This document shows, piece after piece, positions 27,301 through 37,600 of a stretch of DNA of 64,000 nt (the stretch's first letter is position 1; every line of letters starts with the position of its first letter). The notes beneath the pieces are model-generated. The model did no database searches, was not told the origin of the DNA, and was given only the letters and a program-made list of their open reading frames with translations. The DNA is taken from NCBI GenBank assembly GCA_963666285.1, contig OY762711.1. One strand, 5' to 3'. Made by a program: the position numbers and the translations under genes. The DNA comes from Sedimentisphaerales bacterium (GTDB lineage: Bacteria; Planctomycetota; Phycisphaerae; Sedimentisphaerales; SM23-30).

Positions 27301-29972
27301 CCGCTGATGATTCAGCAAATGAAGCTGAGATTGTTTTTATTGCCGAGTCAGGCGCAAAAAAAGTATTAGTGCCTACGGAAGATTTCTCTTCTGTGGCAAC
27401 TGATAATTCTCTGTTGGTAGATATCTGGGAAGGGATAACCGGAGTAACAATTCCGGATCTAACAAATAATAGCCGTTATCCGGATGACCCGGACAGCAGG
27501 TCGATGTGGTCAGATTTTGATATGCCGCAAATTGACTATATGGATTATTATGGCACTCGAGTTAGGGGGTATTTATATCCACCGGCCAGTGGTGGATATA
27601 CATTCTGGGTTTCAGGTGATGATTATTGCTCATTGAAACTTAGTATGGATGGTATAGCCGAAAATGCAGTAGAGATAGCGACAGTGCCGGGCTGGTCGAA
27701 TCAGTATGAATGGTATAAGTATGGAGAGCAGCAGTCTGTGTCGATATACCTGGAGTCCGGCAAGAGGTATTATATAGAGGCACTGCATAAAGAAGACGGC
27801 GGTGGCGACAATTTATCAGTGGCGTGGTCCGGGCCTACGATAATCGGTCCGGTAGTAATAGATTCGCGGTATTTAATGCCTAGCGGTCAACCGTGGACAG
27901 TACAGGAGTATGATGACAGCAGCTGGATAGCAGGTAATAATGCCGTAGGATATGAAATGAGTTCCGGTGGAGATTATGAAGCTATCCTGGCTGGCGGTAT
28001 TGATGTAGGTTCCAATTTATATTCGATCAATACGAGCTGTTATGTCCGTATACCGTTTACGTATGATAACGAGGTTTTGACATTTCTGCAATTAGAGTTG
28101 CGATATGAAGATGGAGTCGCAGTATTTTTAAATGGAGTTGAGATATTGCGTGATAATGTTGATGTATCTGAAGGTCAGTTAAGCTGGAACTCACATGCCG
28201 TCAATGCCAGAGCAGATTCAACGGCATTGGTGCCTGTCAGTTATGATATCCTGGAGTATAAAGACTTACTGGTAACAGGCGAGAATATATTAGCAGTTCA
28301 GGTAATGAACAATATATTAGAAAGTTCAGATATGCTGCTGACGGTTAGCCTGAAAGGAAGCGAGAGGTTATTGTCTGCCGGAGTGCCGTCTGAGAATGCC
28401 CGGATTTATGATAGTGCCTTAGGTCTGGATAAGAGTATGGAGATCAAAGCACGAGTTTATGACGGCGATCAATGGTCAGCTCTGACTAAAGGCACTTTTG
28501 CTTTAAGTGAAATTAATGATAACCTGCGAGTTACTGAAATTATGTATCATTCGGTTGATTCGAATACTGATTATATCGAGCTGAAAAATATTGGTGACGA
28601 ATCTATTAATCTGGATATGGTGAGGTTTACCAAGGGAGTGGATTTTGATTTTGGTGATATGTCAGTTCCGGCGGGCGGCTATATACTGCTGGTAGAAGAT
28701 GCGGCTGCATTTGAAGCCAGATATGGTAGTGGTCTGCCTGTGATAGGTGAATATGAAGGCAGTCTGGATAATGGCAGCGATACCCTGCGGATAAAAGATG
28801 CACTGGGTGAGATTTTGCTGGAATTTGAATATAAAGATGGCTGGTATGAAATAACAGATGGCGAAGGTTTTAGTTTGACGGTCCGTGACGAGGCGTTGGC
28901 GGATACTGCTTTGCTTTCAGAGAAGGAAGGCTGGCGTCCAAGTGCCGAGAACGGCGGTTCGCCCGGTGAGGATGAGAGTTATATTCTTCCGGACGTAGGT
29001 GATGTAGTAATTAATGAAGTGTTATCGCATTCGCATTCATATGCCCCGGACTGGATTGAGCTGCATAATACTACCGATTCAATTATTAATATTGGCGGCT
29101 GGTTCCTGTCGGATGATAATTCTGATGATGAATCGAAGAAGAAATTTGAGATACCTCTTGGAACAACTATCCAGGCTGATGGTTATGCAGTCTTTTATGA
29201 GACACAGCATTTTGGAAATGCAAATGCCGAGGGTTGTCATACCCCGTTTGGTCTGAGCGAGGGTGGCGATGATATATATCTGAATTCCGGTAATAACGGT
29301 GAGCTGACCGGTTATGCGGTGGAAGAAGATTTTGGCGCATCTGCCAGTAATGTAGCGTTCGGCAGATATTATAAAGCCAGTACCGACAGTTGGAATTTTG
29401 TGGCGATGGAAAGTAATACGCCCGGCTATGAAAATTCGTATCCGAAGGTAGGGCCTATTGTGATAAGTGAGATAATGTATCATCCGGACAGCGGCGGCAG
29501 CTATGATGAGGATGAATATGAGTATATTGAGCTGACAAATATTACCGGCTCGACAGTAAATCTATGGATGTATGATGAAGTTAACCTGGAATATGTCGGC
29601 TGGCAGCTGACAAACGGGGTTGAATATAGTTTTGGTGTTGGTGACAGTATTGCGCCTTACGGCAAGGTGGTAGTAGTACGTAATCCGGAAGCCTTTGCGG
29701 ATCGATATTCGTCAGTAGCGTCTAGTATAATTTATGGTCCATATGATGGTGGTTTGAACAATAAGGAAGACAAGATCGACCTTGTTATGCCGGGAGATAA
29801 AGAACAGGATGAACGGTACTGGATTCGTATTGATCGGGTAGGATATGAAGATCGCGGCTTGTGGCCGGAAGAGGCAGATGGTGACGGCGATTCTTTGCAG
29901 AGGATCGATAACGCGGCATATGGAAATGATGCTGCCAACTGGGAGGCGGACGATCCGAGCCCGGGCAATTAA
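24333..29972 (+). CDS. Large secreted protein: dockerin-like, lamin-tail domains, CHB/Fn3-associated, CotH kinase, PA14
   Basis: Signal peptide; several VVINE/ITEIMYH...DWIEL LTD motifs; RYTLDGSTP; CotH-like RIRGGASR..PKH and YHLYINGVYWGLY..ER; PA14 RVRGYLYPP..YTFWVSGDD. Start may be 24300. Confidence 0.85.
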   Translation: MSKIVVSIFFLLMLCQISLYGGIIVSETDSGTQIQEYGLSDSIVITIDNAPTATVWVQISANTADIEIDGGFGGDDAYISFTTSDWSVPREVVLVAADDGIQEPQEQVTLSFSVTSGDTSYNGVALADIIVTVLDREVDICPEGDIDGDCAVSIADLELLAGQWLGSPDCSGAGCPDLVDFGVVDLLDFELLSAKWKKSVGPVVINEFMADNNSDNPDISPEAWEVFDETGDPVDWIELWNITSEPVNLTGWHLTDDKDELSKWAFPDDTIILAGDYLLVYASGNEHVTGSYIHTNFSLAGGGEYLGLVNSEGIVTSEYIDYEYDSDKYGYPPQESNVSYGYTDYLQSHRYFYPATPGEENNNSSLGTSPDTKFTVDRGFYDTPFDLNIYTENPEAIVRYTLDGSTPDWDNGEIFEPGSTITIDKTTVLRARSFLAGYLPSNVDTQTYIFAADVVTQQSDGSSPGSGWPAPGYSVNDQRMVYGMDPDIVNSSEYSDLMDNALHAVSTLSMVIDSEYLFDASSGIYVNAAAARSDNDFWTVEKEKACSLELINPDGTKGFNINCGVRIRGGASRTGGNPKHAFRFFFRDKYGKGKLEYPLFGDEGVDEYDKVDLRTSQNFSWSFKGSYENQHNTFVREVFSRDMQGRLGHPYTKSRYYHLYINGVYWGLYQTQERAESRFAASYMGGKKTDYDVVKADSNYGREMTAIEGNRDAFERLWAAIADGVYTTEEYYRLQGMNPDGTINPAYERLLDVENLIDYQLINYYTSDTDGAASRFGNLPNNIFCLYNRSNPDGWKWMEHDSEHSMGVSELGWPNYENLVTPYTTAGAQMRYFNPHWMHEQLIQQSTEYRMAFADRVQELFYNDGLFMPDNVWDILVARALQINNAIIAESARWGDTNTNPPRTKETWQEAIDYVQDFIYGASGHPWEAKPRQQRVVEQFMGENWLPILSAPEFNQYGGYVPDGFSLEISNPNSTGEIYYTTDGSDPRMPADDSANEAEIVFIAESGAKKVLVPTEDFSSVATDNSLLVDIWEGITGVTIPDLTNNSRYPDDPDSRSMWSDFDMPQIDYMDYYGTRVRGYLYPPASGGYTFWVSGDDYCSLKLSMDGIAENAVEIATVPGWSNQYEWYKYGEQQSVSIYLESGKRYYIEALHKEDGGGDNLSVAWSGPTIIGPVVIDSRYLMPSGQPWTVQEYDDSSWIAGNNAVGYEMSSGGDYEAILAGGIDVGSNLYSINTSCYVRIPFTYDNEVLTFLQLELRYEDGVAVFLNGVEILRDNVDVSEGQLSWNSHAVNARADSTALVPVSYDILEYKDLLVTGENILAVQVMNNILESSDMLLTVSLKGSERLLSAGVPSENARIYDSALGLDKSMEIKARVYDGDQWSALTKGTFALSEINDNLRVTEIMYHSVDSNTDYIELKNIGDESINLDMVRFTKGVDFDFGDMSVPAGGYILLVEDAAAFEARYGSGLPVIGEYEGSLDNGSDTLRIKDALGEILLEFEYKDGWYEITDGEGFSLTVRDEALADTALLSEKEGWRPSAENGGSPGEDESYILPDVGDVVINEVLSHSHSYAPDWIELHNTTDSIINIGGWFLSDDNSDDESKKKFEIPLGTTIQADGYAVFYETQHFGNANAEGCHTPFGLSEGGDDIYLNSGNNGELTGYAVEEDFGASASNVAFGRYYKASTDSWNFVAMESNTPGYENSYPKVGPIVISEIMYHPDSGGSYDEDEYEYIELTNITGSTVNLWMYDEVNLEYVGWQLTNGVEYSFGVGDSIAPYGKVVVVRNPEAFADRYSSVASSIIYGPYDGGLNNKEDKIDLVMPGDKEQDERYWIRIDRVGYEDRGLWPEEADGDGDSLQRIDNAAYGNDAANWEADDPSPGN

Positions 29973-30065
29973 GGTGTAAATGCTTATAGATTATGCGGTT
30001 ACATTGATTTAGAGCGTGTATGTTGAAATTCATTTCTAATAATATCATATAAATATTACCAGAAG

Positions 30066-30125
30066 TGCTAATTTTTTAGCATTTTTGATTTGCAAACACT
30101 GCGTAAGTGTGCTAAATTTTTAGCA
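30066..30125 (+). promoter_or_regulatory. Tandem palindromic operator and promoter of blaI-like operon
   Basis: TGCTAATTTTTTAGCA (30066-30081) and TGCTAAATTTTTAGCA (30110-30125). TTGCAA-N17-TAAATT promoter (30090-30118) is overlapped by the second box. Confidence 0.75.
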
Positions 30126-30204
30126 TACAATGGTTGATTATGTATTTCTGCAGGATTCACGAGTGTGATTAACTGCGGGCGGTACTTGATAAGGAGTGTT
30201 TGTG

Positions 30205-30600
30205 ATGGCCAAAAGTGAGTTATCTCTTCTTTCCAAACGTGAACAGCAGATTATGGATTTTATCTATGCACAGGGCAGGGCTACTGCCGGGGAAGTTCAT
30301 AAGGGTATTCCGGAGCCACCGAGTTATTCGGCGGTGCGTGCGCTTTTGCGGGTGCTGGTAGATAAGGGTCAGCTGCGTCATGAGAAGGATGGTCCGCGGT
30401 ATGTGTATTATCCGACAAGCTCTAAGAAGACGGTGGGTGCTCCTGCGCTGAAGCGGGTGGTGAATACATTTTTTGAGGGTTCGTTTGGAAAGGCGGTCGC
30501 GGCCCTTATGGATGTGAACGGTGAATCGCCGACAAGTGAAGAGCTTGATCAGTTGCAGAGCCTGATTGACAAGGCCAGGCAGAACAGGAGTGAAAAATGA
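30205..30600 (+). CDS. BlaI/MecI/CopY family repressor
   Basis: LSKREQQIM, SYSAVRALLRVLVDKG, RYVY, FFEGS; translationally coupled (ATGA) to the M56 gene. Confidence 0.92.
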   Translation: MAKSELSLLSKREQQIMDFIYAQGRATAGEVHKGIPEPPSYSAVRALLRVLVDKGQLRHEKDGPRYVYYPTSSKKTVGAPALKRVVNTFFEGSFGKAVAALMDVNGESPTSEELDQLQSLIDKARQNRSEK

Positions 30601-33600
30601 GTGTATTATATAAATTGACCGATTTGTCGCCGGAAGTATTTGAATTTCTTGTCTCGATGGTTGTTAAAGGGATATTGATATTTGCTATTGCCGGTAGTTT
30701 GAATATTCTGCTGAGGAAAGCGTCTGCCGCGTTGAGGCATATGGTGTGGCTGCTGGCTTTTGGTGCGTTGAGTTTATTGCCGCTGCTGATATTGACAGTG
30801 CCGAGTGTGGGGGTGCCGGTATTGCCGGCTGCAGAAGAAATTAAAAATTCAGAATTAAAAATTCAAAGAGAAGAAATTTTCTCTGCGAGCCAGCTAGAAG
30901 TTTTTGATTCAGGATTTTCATTTGAAGGAGAAGCTTCTAGCGGAGAGATTCCGCAAGCAAATATTGGGCCAACGAATGCTGAAGTTACTGTAATTGAACC
31001 AGAGTTAAGTTTATCAGTGGGGCAGTGGTTGCTGCTGGCATGGGCGGCAGGATTTGTTATATGTCTGTGTCCGATATGCTACAGGTTGATTTTGCTGGCG
31101 ATATTCCAGGGCAGGTGCAGGAAACTGGAAGATAAGAATACTGTTGGCCTGGTGGAAGAGGTCTGCGGTAAGCTGAATATAAGGAAACGGGTTAAGGTTA
31201 TTGGTAACGATGATGCGAGCGGTCGGTTTGCGCCTATGGTTTGGGGTGTGCGTCCGGCGGTATTGTTTTTACCGAAGGCGAATGAAGGCTGGGACTGTCA
31301 GCAGTTGAGAAGTGTGCTGCTGCATGAGCTGGCACATATCAAGCGGCATGACTGGCTGTCGCAGCTGTTTGGCAGCGTGGTTTGTGCGGGGTACTGGTTT
31401 AACCCGCTGGTGTGGTATGGTTTGAGACGGCTGCGGGTCGAACGTGAGCAGGCATGTGATGACCTGGTGATTAATAGCGGGATAGACCATGCTGACTATG
31501 CCGAGCATCTGGTGGGTATTGCCCGCAGGCTGGTGAATCGTCAGCCGGTAAATTCAGCGGCGTTGGCGATGGCACGTACCAGCCAGATTGAGTCCCGGAT
31601 AAAGGCTATTTTAGATATACGCAAAAATCGCAAAGCGGTAACGCGTGTTATGCTGGCTGGTTTTACGATAGTAGTAGCTGCGGTGTCGGTTACGCTGGCA
31701 TCTCTAACACCTGTTGAGAAAGAGACTGAAAAAGCAAGTGAAGAGTTAATGAATCCGCCAAAGGCGGAAGCTGATTTGAAACAGGGGTCAGGTGTCAGGG
31801 ATCAGGTGTCAGGGAATGTGCTCGCTGACGCTCGATTAATTAATATAGAAGAAGCAACCACAGAAGACGCGAAAGAAGATAGTAAGGATGTGGAAAAGGG
31901 GACGGAGATCTTAAATTCTGTTCAGGAAAGCGAAGCCGGTCAGTTGGAAGTTTATGTTACCTACGCTGCAGATGACAGTTCGATAGAAGGTGCCCGGATG
32001 CGGCTTTATCTTGATAAAAGCTATGATGATCCAATTGAAATTTTAACCGATAAGGATGGTATTGCCAGAGTGTCTCTTACACCGGGCGTTTATGAACTTG
32101 GTACGCCAATGAAAGACAGATATGTCAGTGTTTTTAAGTCGAATCCTAAAATCGAGATTAAGGAAAACAGTAGAGCTCAATATGAATTTCAGATGACTGA
32201 TGCCCCAAGGTTAATAGGGTACGTTCATGATAGTACCGGCAAACCTGTTGCCAATGCCGTAGTTCGGCTTATCCCGGAAGGTCCAAAAGAAGGTTATTTA
32301 ACAAATGAAAATGGCAAGTTTGAATTTTCCTGGAGGCTCAGGCCAATTACGACCTATCTCGTTGCCCGGAATCCGCTTGACAATACCGCGGGTGTTATCC
32401 AAATACATGACGGAATGGGTGAATTAAAAACCGACTATGTTAATGATCCGGAGAATATTATACTTAGCGAGGCCCAAACTGTAACAGGCCGGGTGTTAAA
32501 TGAAACTGGTGATGTGGTTGCCGGTGCCAGGGTAGAGATTTTGAAAAACACCCCGCGCGGGCTGGCTATGATTGCCTCTGGCATAACTGACAGAAGCGGA
32601 AACTATTCCATCAATGCGATACCTCCGGATGTTGAAGGCTGTTGGGTACGAGCCGAGGCAGACCGGTACGGCGGGCCGGTTTGTATTCAAGTCAAGCCCC
32701 CTTCAGCGGGAAATATTTGTCAGGCTGAATCTTTGACATTGAAGATTCCAGACAGTTCAATCTCCGGTGTCGTTGCAGATAGTGAGGGTAATACGATTGA
32801 AGGAGCAACAGTCAAAACTGCCTGCGGGTACGACGGTCAGCCGGAACGGATTGTCAAAACAGATAGTAATGGCCGGTTTGTTATTGACGGGGTATGCAAA
32901 GGGGAATTGAGCCTGTTTGCGAAGAAAGGAGAACTTGGCACTTTCCGGGTCGATACATTTGGCGGCAAAAAAGATCTAAAAATAGTATTAACTCCGCAGG
33001 TGGCGGTATTTCCTGGTGTTAAACCGCTAATTTCAGGCATCGCTGTAACGGCTAAACCTGTTAAAACTACCTGGAATGTTGGTGAAGTGCCTCAGGTTGA
33101 AGTTGTTGTTGATATTGCTGATGAGCAGGTTTACCAAGCTAGTAAACTGAGTGAGATACATTTCAGCCATTATTACAATGCTTTTATGGTCATAGTTGAC
33201 GGCCGGGAATATGTCACCGACCATTCCGCTACGGCATATCCTGTCTCTTTGATGGCTCCATGGAAGATTAAATTGCCGCTGGATATCTGGGTAATCCCTC
33301 GCAAGACCGGCGATACCCTGGCAGACGTTCAGCAGCTCAAACTCACCCCCGGCAAACACAAGGTCAAGATCGCCTTTATAGGCAGAGATAATTATTCAGT
33401 TGAAAAAAACTTCTCCGGCCCCGATGCCTTTGTGATGCCCGTATCTGAGGAATTTGAGATAGAAATACAGCCAGATATTATTGACCGTGCCGGTTTTAAT
33501 AATGTTAAGGTAGGGCTAGTCAGTATATGTAATAAGCGTACCGGTTTGTCTTATGGCTTGGATGGGAATGTAATCAATAAGCCGGGCTATTTTATTGAAT

Positions 33601-34385
33601 GGCCGACAGGGAATTCCAGACCTGACTTTAACCGGCTTCCTTCTTCGGAGGTTCCGGCTAATAATTATGAGTATGAAAAAGAGAATAATTTTGATTATTA
33701 TGAAGTTGTCGTAAAAATAGATGGGGTAAAACCTGTTGACAAAACATGGATAAAATGGGAGGCAGATAAAAGTGGAACTCTTTTTTCAGATCGCGGCCTT
33801 ACCGGTAAAGGTATTGAAGATAATTATTATGCTGCAAGATTACGTGTGCCCAAAGGTGCAAAGACGACTAATATAAATCTTGGTATGAATGTGAGAGGGT
33901 GGAAAATACTTGAGAGTTTTGATGAGCCGGGCGAATACAAAACAGATAATTATTATGTTAAGCTTGAGATAAGTGATCTGGATCCAAGGTCAAGAGGTTT
34001 TGAAATCAGGTGTACGCATAATATTGCAGACCATCAGGTGAAACTTGATCTTTTAGATAAGAAAGGGATTGCCCACGGGCAAATGCAGAATATTATATGG
34101 AAGGTCGATGATGGTTTATTTATGATCAGGTCAACGTTTGATCGGAAGCTTAAAGATATAATCAAGGGCTACCGGGTGTGTATTGGTGATAATGATTGGT
34201 TTACTCTAAAAGATGTCAAACTTCCGGTAGAAGAAGATAACGAGACAGTTGCATCTAGTACAGCAGTCAGTTCAGAGTTAGATAATGATGAAGGAAGCAA
34301 AAGAGTTTCAGAAATAGAAAAAGATGCTAAATGGTATGAGGTTAAGGTTGTTGATACAGAAGGTCGGCCGGCAGCAGGCAGATAG
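30597..34385 (+). CDS. BlaR1/M56 peptidase sensor with carboxypeptidase-regulatory-like repeats; C-terminus appears frameshifted
   Basis: SAALRHMVW, VLLHELAHIKRHD, WFNPLVW, REQACDD and RIKAIL; repeated G.V.D..G.P..GA.V...TD..G.F units. Confidence 0.88.
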   Translation: MSVLYKLTDLSPEVFEFLVSMVVKGILIFAIAGSLNILLRKASAALRHMVWLLAFGALSLLPLLILTVPSVGVPVLPAAEEIKNSELKIQREEIFSASQLEVFDSGFSFEGEASSGEIPQANIGPTNAEVTVIEPELSLSVGQWLLLAWAAGFVICLCPICYRLILLAIFQGRCRKLEDKNTVGLVEEVCGKLNIRKRVKVIGNDDASGRFAPMVWGVRPAVLFLPKANEGWDCQQLRSVLLHELAHIKRHDWLSQLFGSVVCAGYWFNPLVWYGLRRLRVEREQACDDLVINSGIDHADYAEHLVGIARRLVNRQPVNSAALAMARTSQIESRIKAILDIRKNRKAVTRVMLAGFTIVVAAVSVTLASLTPVEKETEKASEELMNPPKAEADLKQGSGVRDQVSGNVLADARLINIEEATTEDAKEDSKDVEKGTEILNSVQESEAGQLEVYVTYAADDSSIEGARMRLYLDKSYDDPIEILTDKDGIARVSLTPGVYELGTPMKDRYVSVFKSNPKIEIKENSRAQYEFQMTDAPRLIGYVHDSTGKPVANAVVRLIPEGPKEGYLTNENGKFEFSWRLRPITTYLVARNPLDNTAGVIQIHDGMGELKTDYVNDPENIILSEAQTVTGRVLNETGDVVAGARVEILKNTPRGLAMIASGITDRSGNYSINAIPPDVEGCWVRAEADRYGGPVCIQVKPPSAGNICQAESLTLKIPDSSISGVVADSEGNTIEGATVKTACGYDGQPERIVKTDSNGRFVIDGVCKGELSLFAKKGELGTFRVDTFGGKKDLKIVLTPQVAVFPGVKPLISGIAVTAKPVKTTWNVGEVPQVEVVVDIADEQVYQASKLSEIHFSHYYNAFMVIVDGREYVTDHSATAYPVSLMAPWKIKLPLDIWVIPRKTGDTLADVQQLKLTPGKHKVKIAFIGRDNYSVEKNFSGPDAFVMPVSEEFEIEIQPDIIDRAGFNNVKVGLVSICNKRTGLSYGLDGNVINKPGYFIEWPTGNSRPDFNRLPSSEVPANNYEYEKENNFDYYEVVVKIDGVKPVDKTWIKWEADKSGTLFSDRGLTGKGIEDNYYAARLRVPKGAKTTNINLGMNVRGWKILESFDEPGEYKTDNYYVKLEISDLDPRSRGFEIRCTHNIADHQVKLDLLDKKGIAHGQMQNIIWKVDDGLFMIRSTFDRKLKDIIKGYRVCIGDNDWFTLKDVKLPVEEDNETVASSTAVSSELDNDEGSKRVSEIEKDAKWYEVKVVDTEGRPAAGR

Positions 34386-34581
34386 ATATAAAGGTGGAGA
34401 TATGCCGCGGACCTGGGCGTTGATATATAATGATATCTCGGAACCGTTTACTTTTTACGAGGAAGGTTTGTACGAACTTGAAGTTGATCTTGTGGTGCCG
34501 TAATGATAGTGAACGAGTTATTGTATACACATAGTGTATGATTTGTTCGGTTGCTCGGAAGGTAAGTGATGATAGTGAAAA

Positions 34582-34614
34582 AAAGAGCTCATACCTGAGT
34601 GGTATGGGCTCTTT
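34582..34614. terminator. Bidirectional terminator
   Basis: AAAGAGCTCATACC-TGAGT-GGTATGGGCTCTTT flanked by A and T runs, between convergent genes. Confidence 0.8.
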
Positions 34615-34635
34615 ACTTTTTTTGGTATTGAAATC

Positions 34636-37600
34636 TTATTGAATGTTTGCCAGTTCTGCAATTTCGGAGTTAGAGAAAGCTGTATTGTATAATCTGAGTT
34701 CGTCGATACTTCCACTGAAAGGGAACACCGCAGACTGAATACCGGATGTCGAGTCGGTGTCCATAGCGCCGATAATTATATTTTCTGTTAGAGCCGTGTT
34801 TATAATCGCGTCCAGTGATCCGGCGTTAGTTGAGATTTCAAAGCCATCTACAAACAGTTTGACCTGGTTGAGGTTGTCAGCAGTATCAGGCAATACAGCT
34901 GCAATATGATGCCATTGGCCATCTTCCAGGTCCGGGCCGCCGATTAGTCTGCCGGCATAAATTGCCAGGGCCAGCTGGCCGGTCTGGTTGTCGAGCATTA
35001 GCAGCCATTTCCTGGCGGATTCTGCTTTGCCCCAGGAAATGATAGAGTGAATATTCTTTTCGGTATTTGTGAGGTCTTCGTCGGCCTTGATCCATGCCGA
35101 GAAAGTTCTTGGGTTAGAGCTGCCAATGCCCGGTAAATTATCCACGATGATATAATCATCTGTACCGTCGAAGGTCATACTGCCCAGCAGATAGCCGGCA
35201 GTTGTTTTGGTCGGGCCGTTAACCGGTTGGCAAGTATGATTATAGATCGAGCTGTCAGTTATTGTGTTATTGCCCGGGTGGTCAAATTTCAGGTACAGCT
35301 GAAGAGTTTCATCGGCAAGCCAGTTGTGAGCCTGAACAGCAAAATCTTTGATATTGACGTTCGAGTCGCCGGTCAGGTCTGCTCCGTCACAGGCGGGTGT
35401 ATCTGAGCAGTCAGAAAGCAGCCATTGAGCGGCAAGTGCAGCCAGGTCGTCGGGGCCGCGTTGACCTGAATAGACGTTTGTTACCCGGATAGTCATCTGA
35501 GCGGTATCGAAGCCAACCTGGTTAGCTACACGAACAGTGAAGGTATTGGTGCCTGCGTGTGAATCGGCCGGTATACCTGATAGAGAGCCATCATCTGAAA
35601 CGTTGAGCCAGTTCGGACCAGCATCCAGGCTGAATGTCAATGTATCAGTTCCGAGCGGAGAGTCGACATATTCTGTAAGCGGTGTTCCGGTGTAGGGTTG
35701 AAGTTCAATGGCTTCGAGGTTTGAGATTGTGTCAGTTGTGAATGATGGGGGCATTGACAGTACCGTGATCTGAGAATCATCAAGTGCATAGTCCAGGATA
35801 CGGAAGTCATCGATTTGGCCGTTAAAGAGCGGGTCAGACCATTGGCTTTTGCCGATATAGTTTACGGTTGGGTTAAAATCTGTCGGGTCAATGGTCATCG
35901 CGGTATTTATGTCTTTTAGCCGGCCGTTGACATACAGTCTGCCGGTGTTGCCGGTGAGGGTTACGGCGACATGTGTCCATTGTCCGGCAGTGAGTCCGGT
36001 AGCCTGGAGTTTCTGTTCGGCTGATTTGTCGCCGGAACCGGATATAGCAAAGGTAAGAGTGCCGGAGTCAGCGTTGGGCGACAGAAACATATATTCAGTG
36101 GTATTATTGCCGAAGTCAAATATTCGCTGCCAGTTTCCGCCGCCGTCCCATTTGACCCAGGCAGCGATAGTGAAATCCTCGGTATTAATAACATCAGTCG
36201 GCAGTGTGACATAGTCGTTGCTGCCGTCAAGATCGATCGCCTGGCCAAGTATGCCGGTTGGGTAGGTTGGGCTGCCGATTGGCGTACCGTGGTTTGTGCC
36301 ATTGTTGTCATTAACAGATCCTTCGAACCTGTAGTAAGTATTTGCCGGTTCGCTGACAATGATATCAATTGCGATATCGTCGCTTGCACCTAAAGAATCA
36401 GTAGCGCGAACAACAAAAGTATTTTTGCCGCCAGTGCCGCTGCCGGGTGTGCCAGAGAGAGTGCCGTTAGAAGCGACGTTAAGCCATGTCGGCCCGCTGA
36501 TTTTGCTGAAGCTGATTGTGTTTCCTTCCGGGTCGGCGGCAAAGTTTGCCAGTGTCTGGCCGGAGTATGCGGCATTGGTACGGGCATTTGGCAGATCGAT
36601 TAAGTTGGAGCTGAATTTTGGAGGATTGTTGGCGTTTTGTCCCCATAGGTTCCAGATTTGTGAGCCGGAAAGGGCGTGGTTAAAAATTCTGAACTCATCA
36701 ATTCGTCCGTTAAAGAGCGGGTCGGCACTAAACTGGCTGTCGCCGATATAGTTTCGGTCTGCCAGCAGCTCTGCGGGGTTTATTGTGACATTGCCGTTTG
36801 AAGAGACAGCCTTGCCGTTGACATATAAAGTAGCGGCATCATCTCTCAATGTAACCGCCAGGTGTACCCATTGGCCGGTGGCCAGTCTTGATGTGTCTAC
36901 TCTCTGCTCGCTGCCGCCGTTTTTGATAGCGAATCGCATGACGCTGCCATTGCTCGGAGTGAGGAACATGAAGTTTGAAGAGCTGGAGCCGAAATCGAAG
37001 ATGCGCTGCCAGTTGTTTCCGCCGTCCCAATATACCCATGCGGTTATGCTCATATCGTTAGTATCAGCCACGCCGGCAGGCAGGACGACATAGTCGTTAG
37101 AACCGTCAAGATCGATAGCGGTATCAATTTTACCGGTGGTGTATGATGGTGACCCATAAGCGGTTCCGTTAAATGCCCCGGTAGTGTCGTCTGTGTTGTT
37201 ATCGAAATGCCACCAGCCGGTTTTACCTTTTATCGAGAGACGGCGTGTGCGGCTGGTTAGATTATCATGGGTATCGGCGGCTATACAGTAATAGTTTCCG
37301 GCATCGGCGGCGGTGACATTTGTAATTTGCAGTGTCGATCTGTTTGCACCTGAGATTCGTGTTCCGTTATTTAGAGCAGTACCGTCTTTGTACCATTGGT
37401 AGGAGTCGGCCAGCGGCGAAGCAACACCGAAGATTGCAGTGCCGCCCAGCGGGGCGACCTGGTGTTCGGCTTCTTTGCTGTATGCCAAGATTCCCATATC
37501 GCAGCGCAGGGCCGCCATAATCTGGACGTGTTTGATGCGTTCGGCATAGCTGGTATCTTCGCTGTCGTAGTTAAGTCCCCAGGGCCAGATGTGTGTGCCG

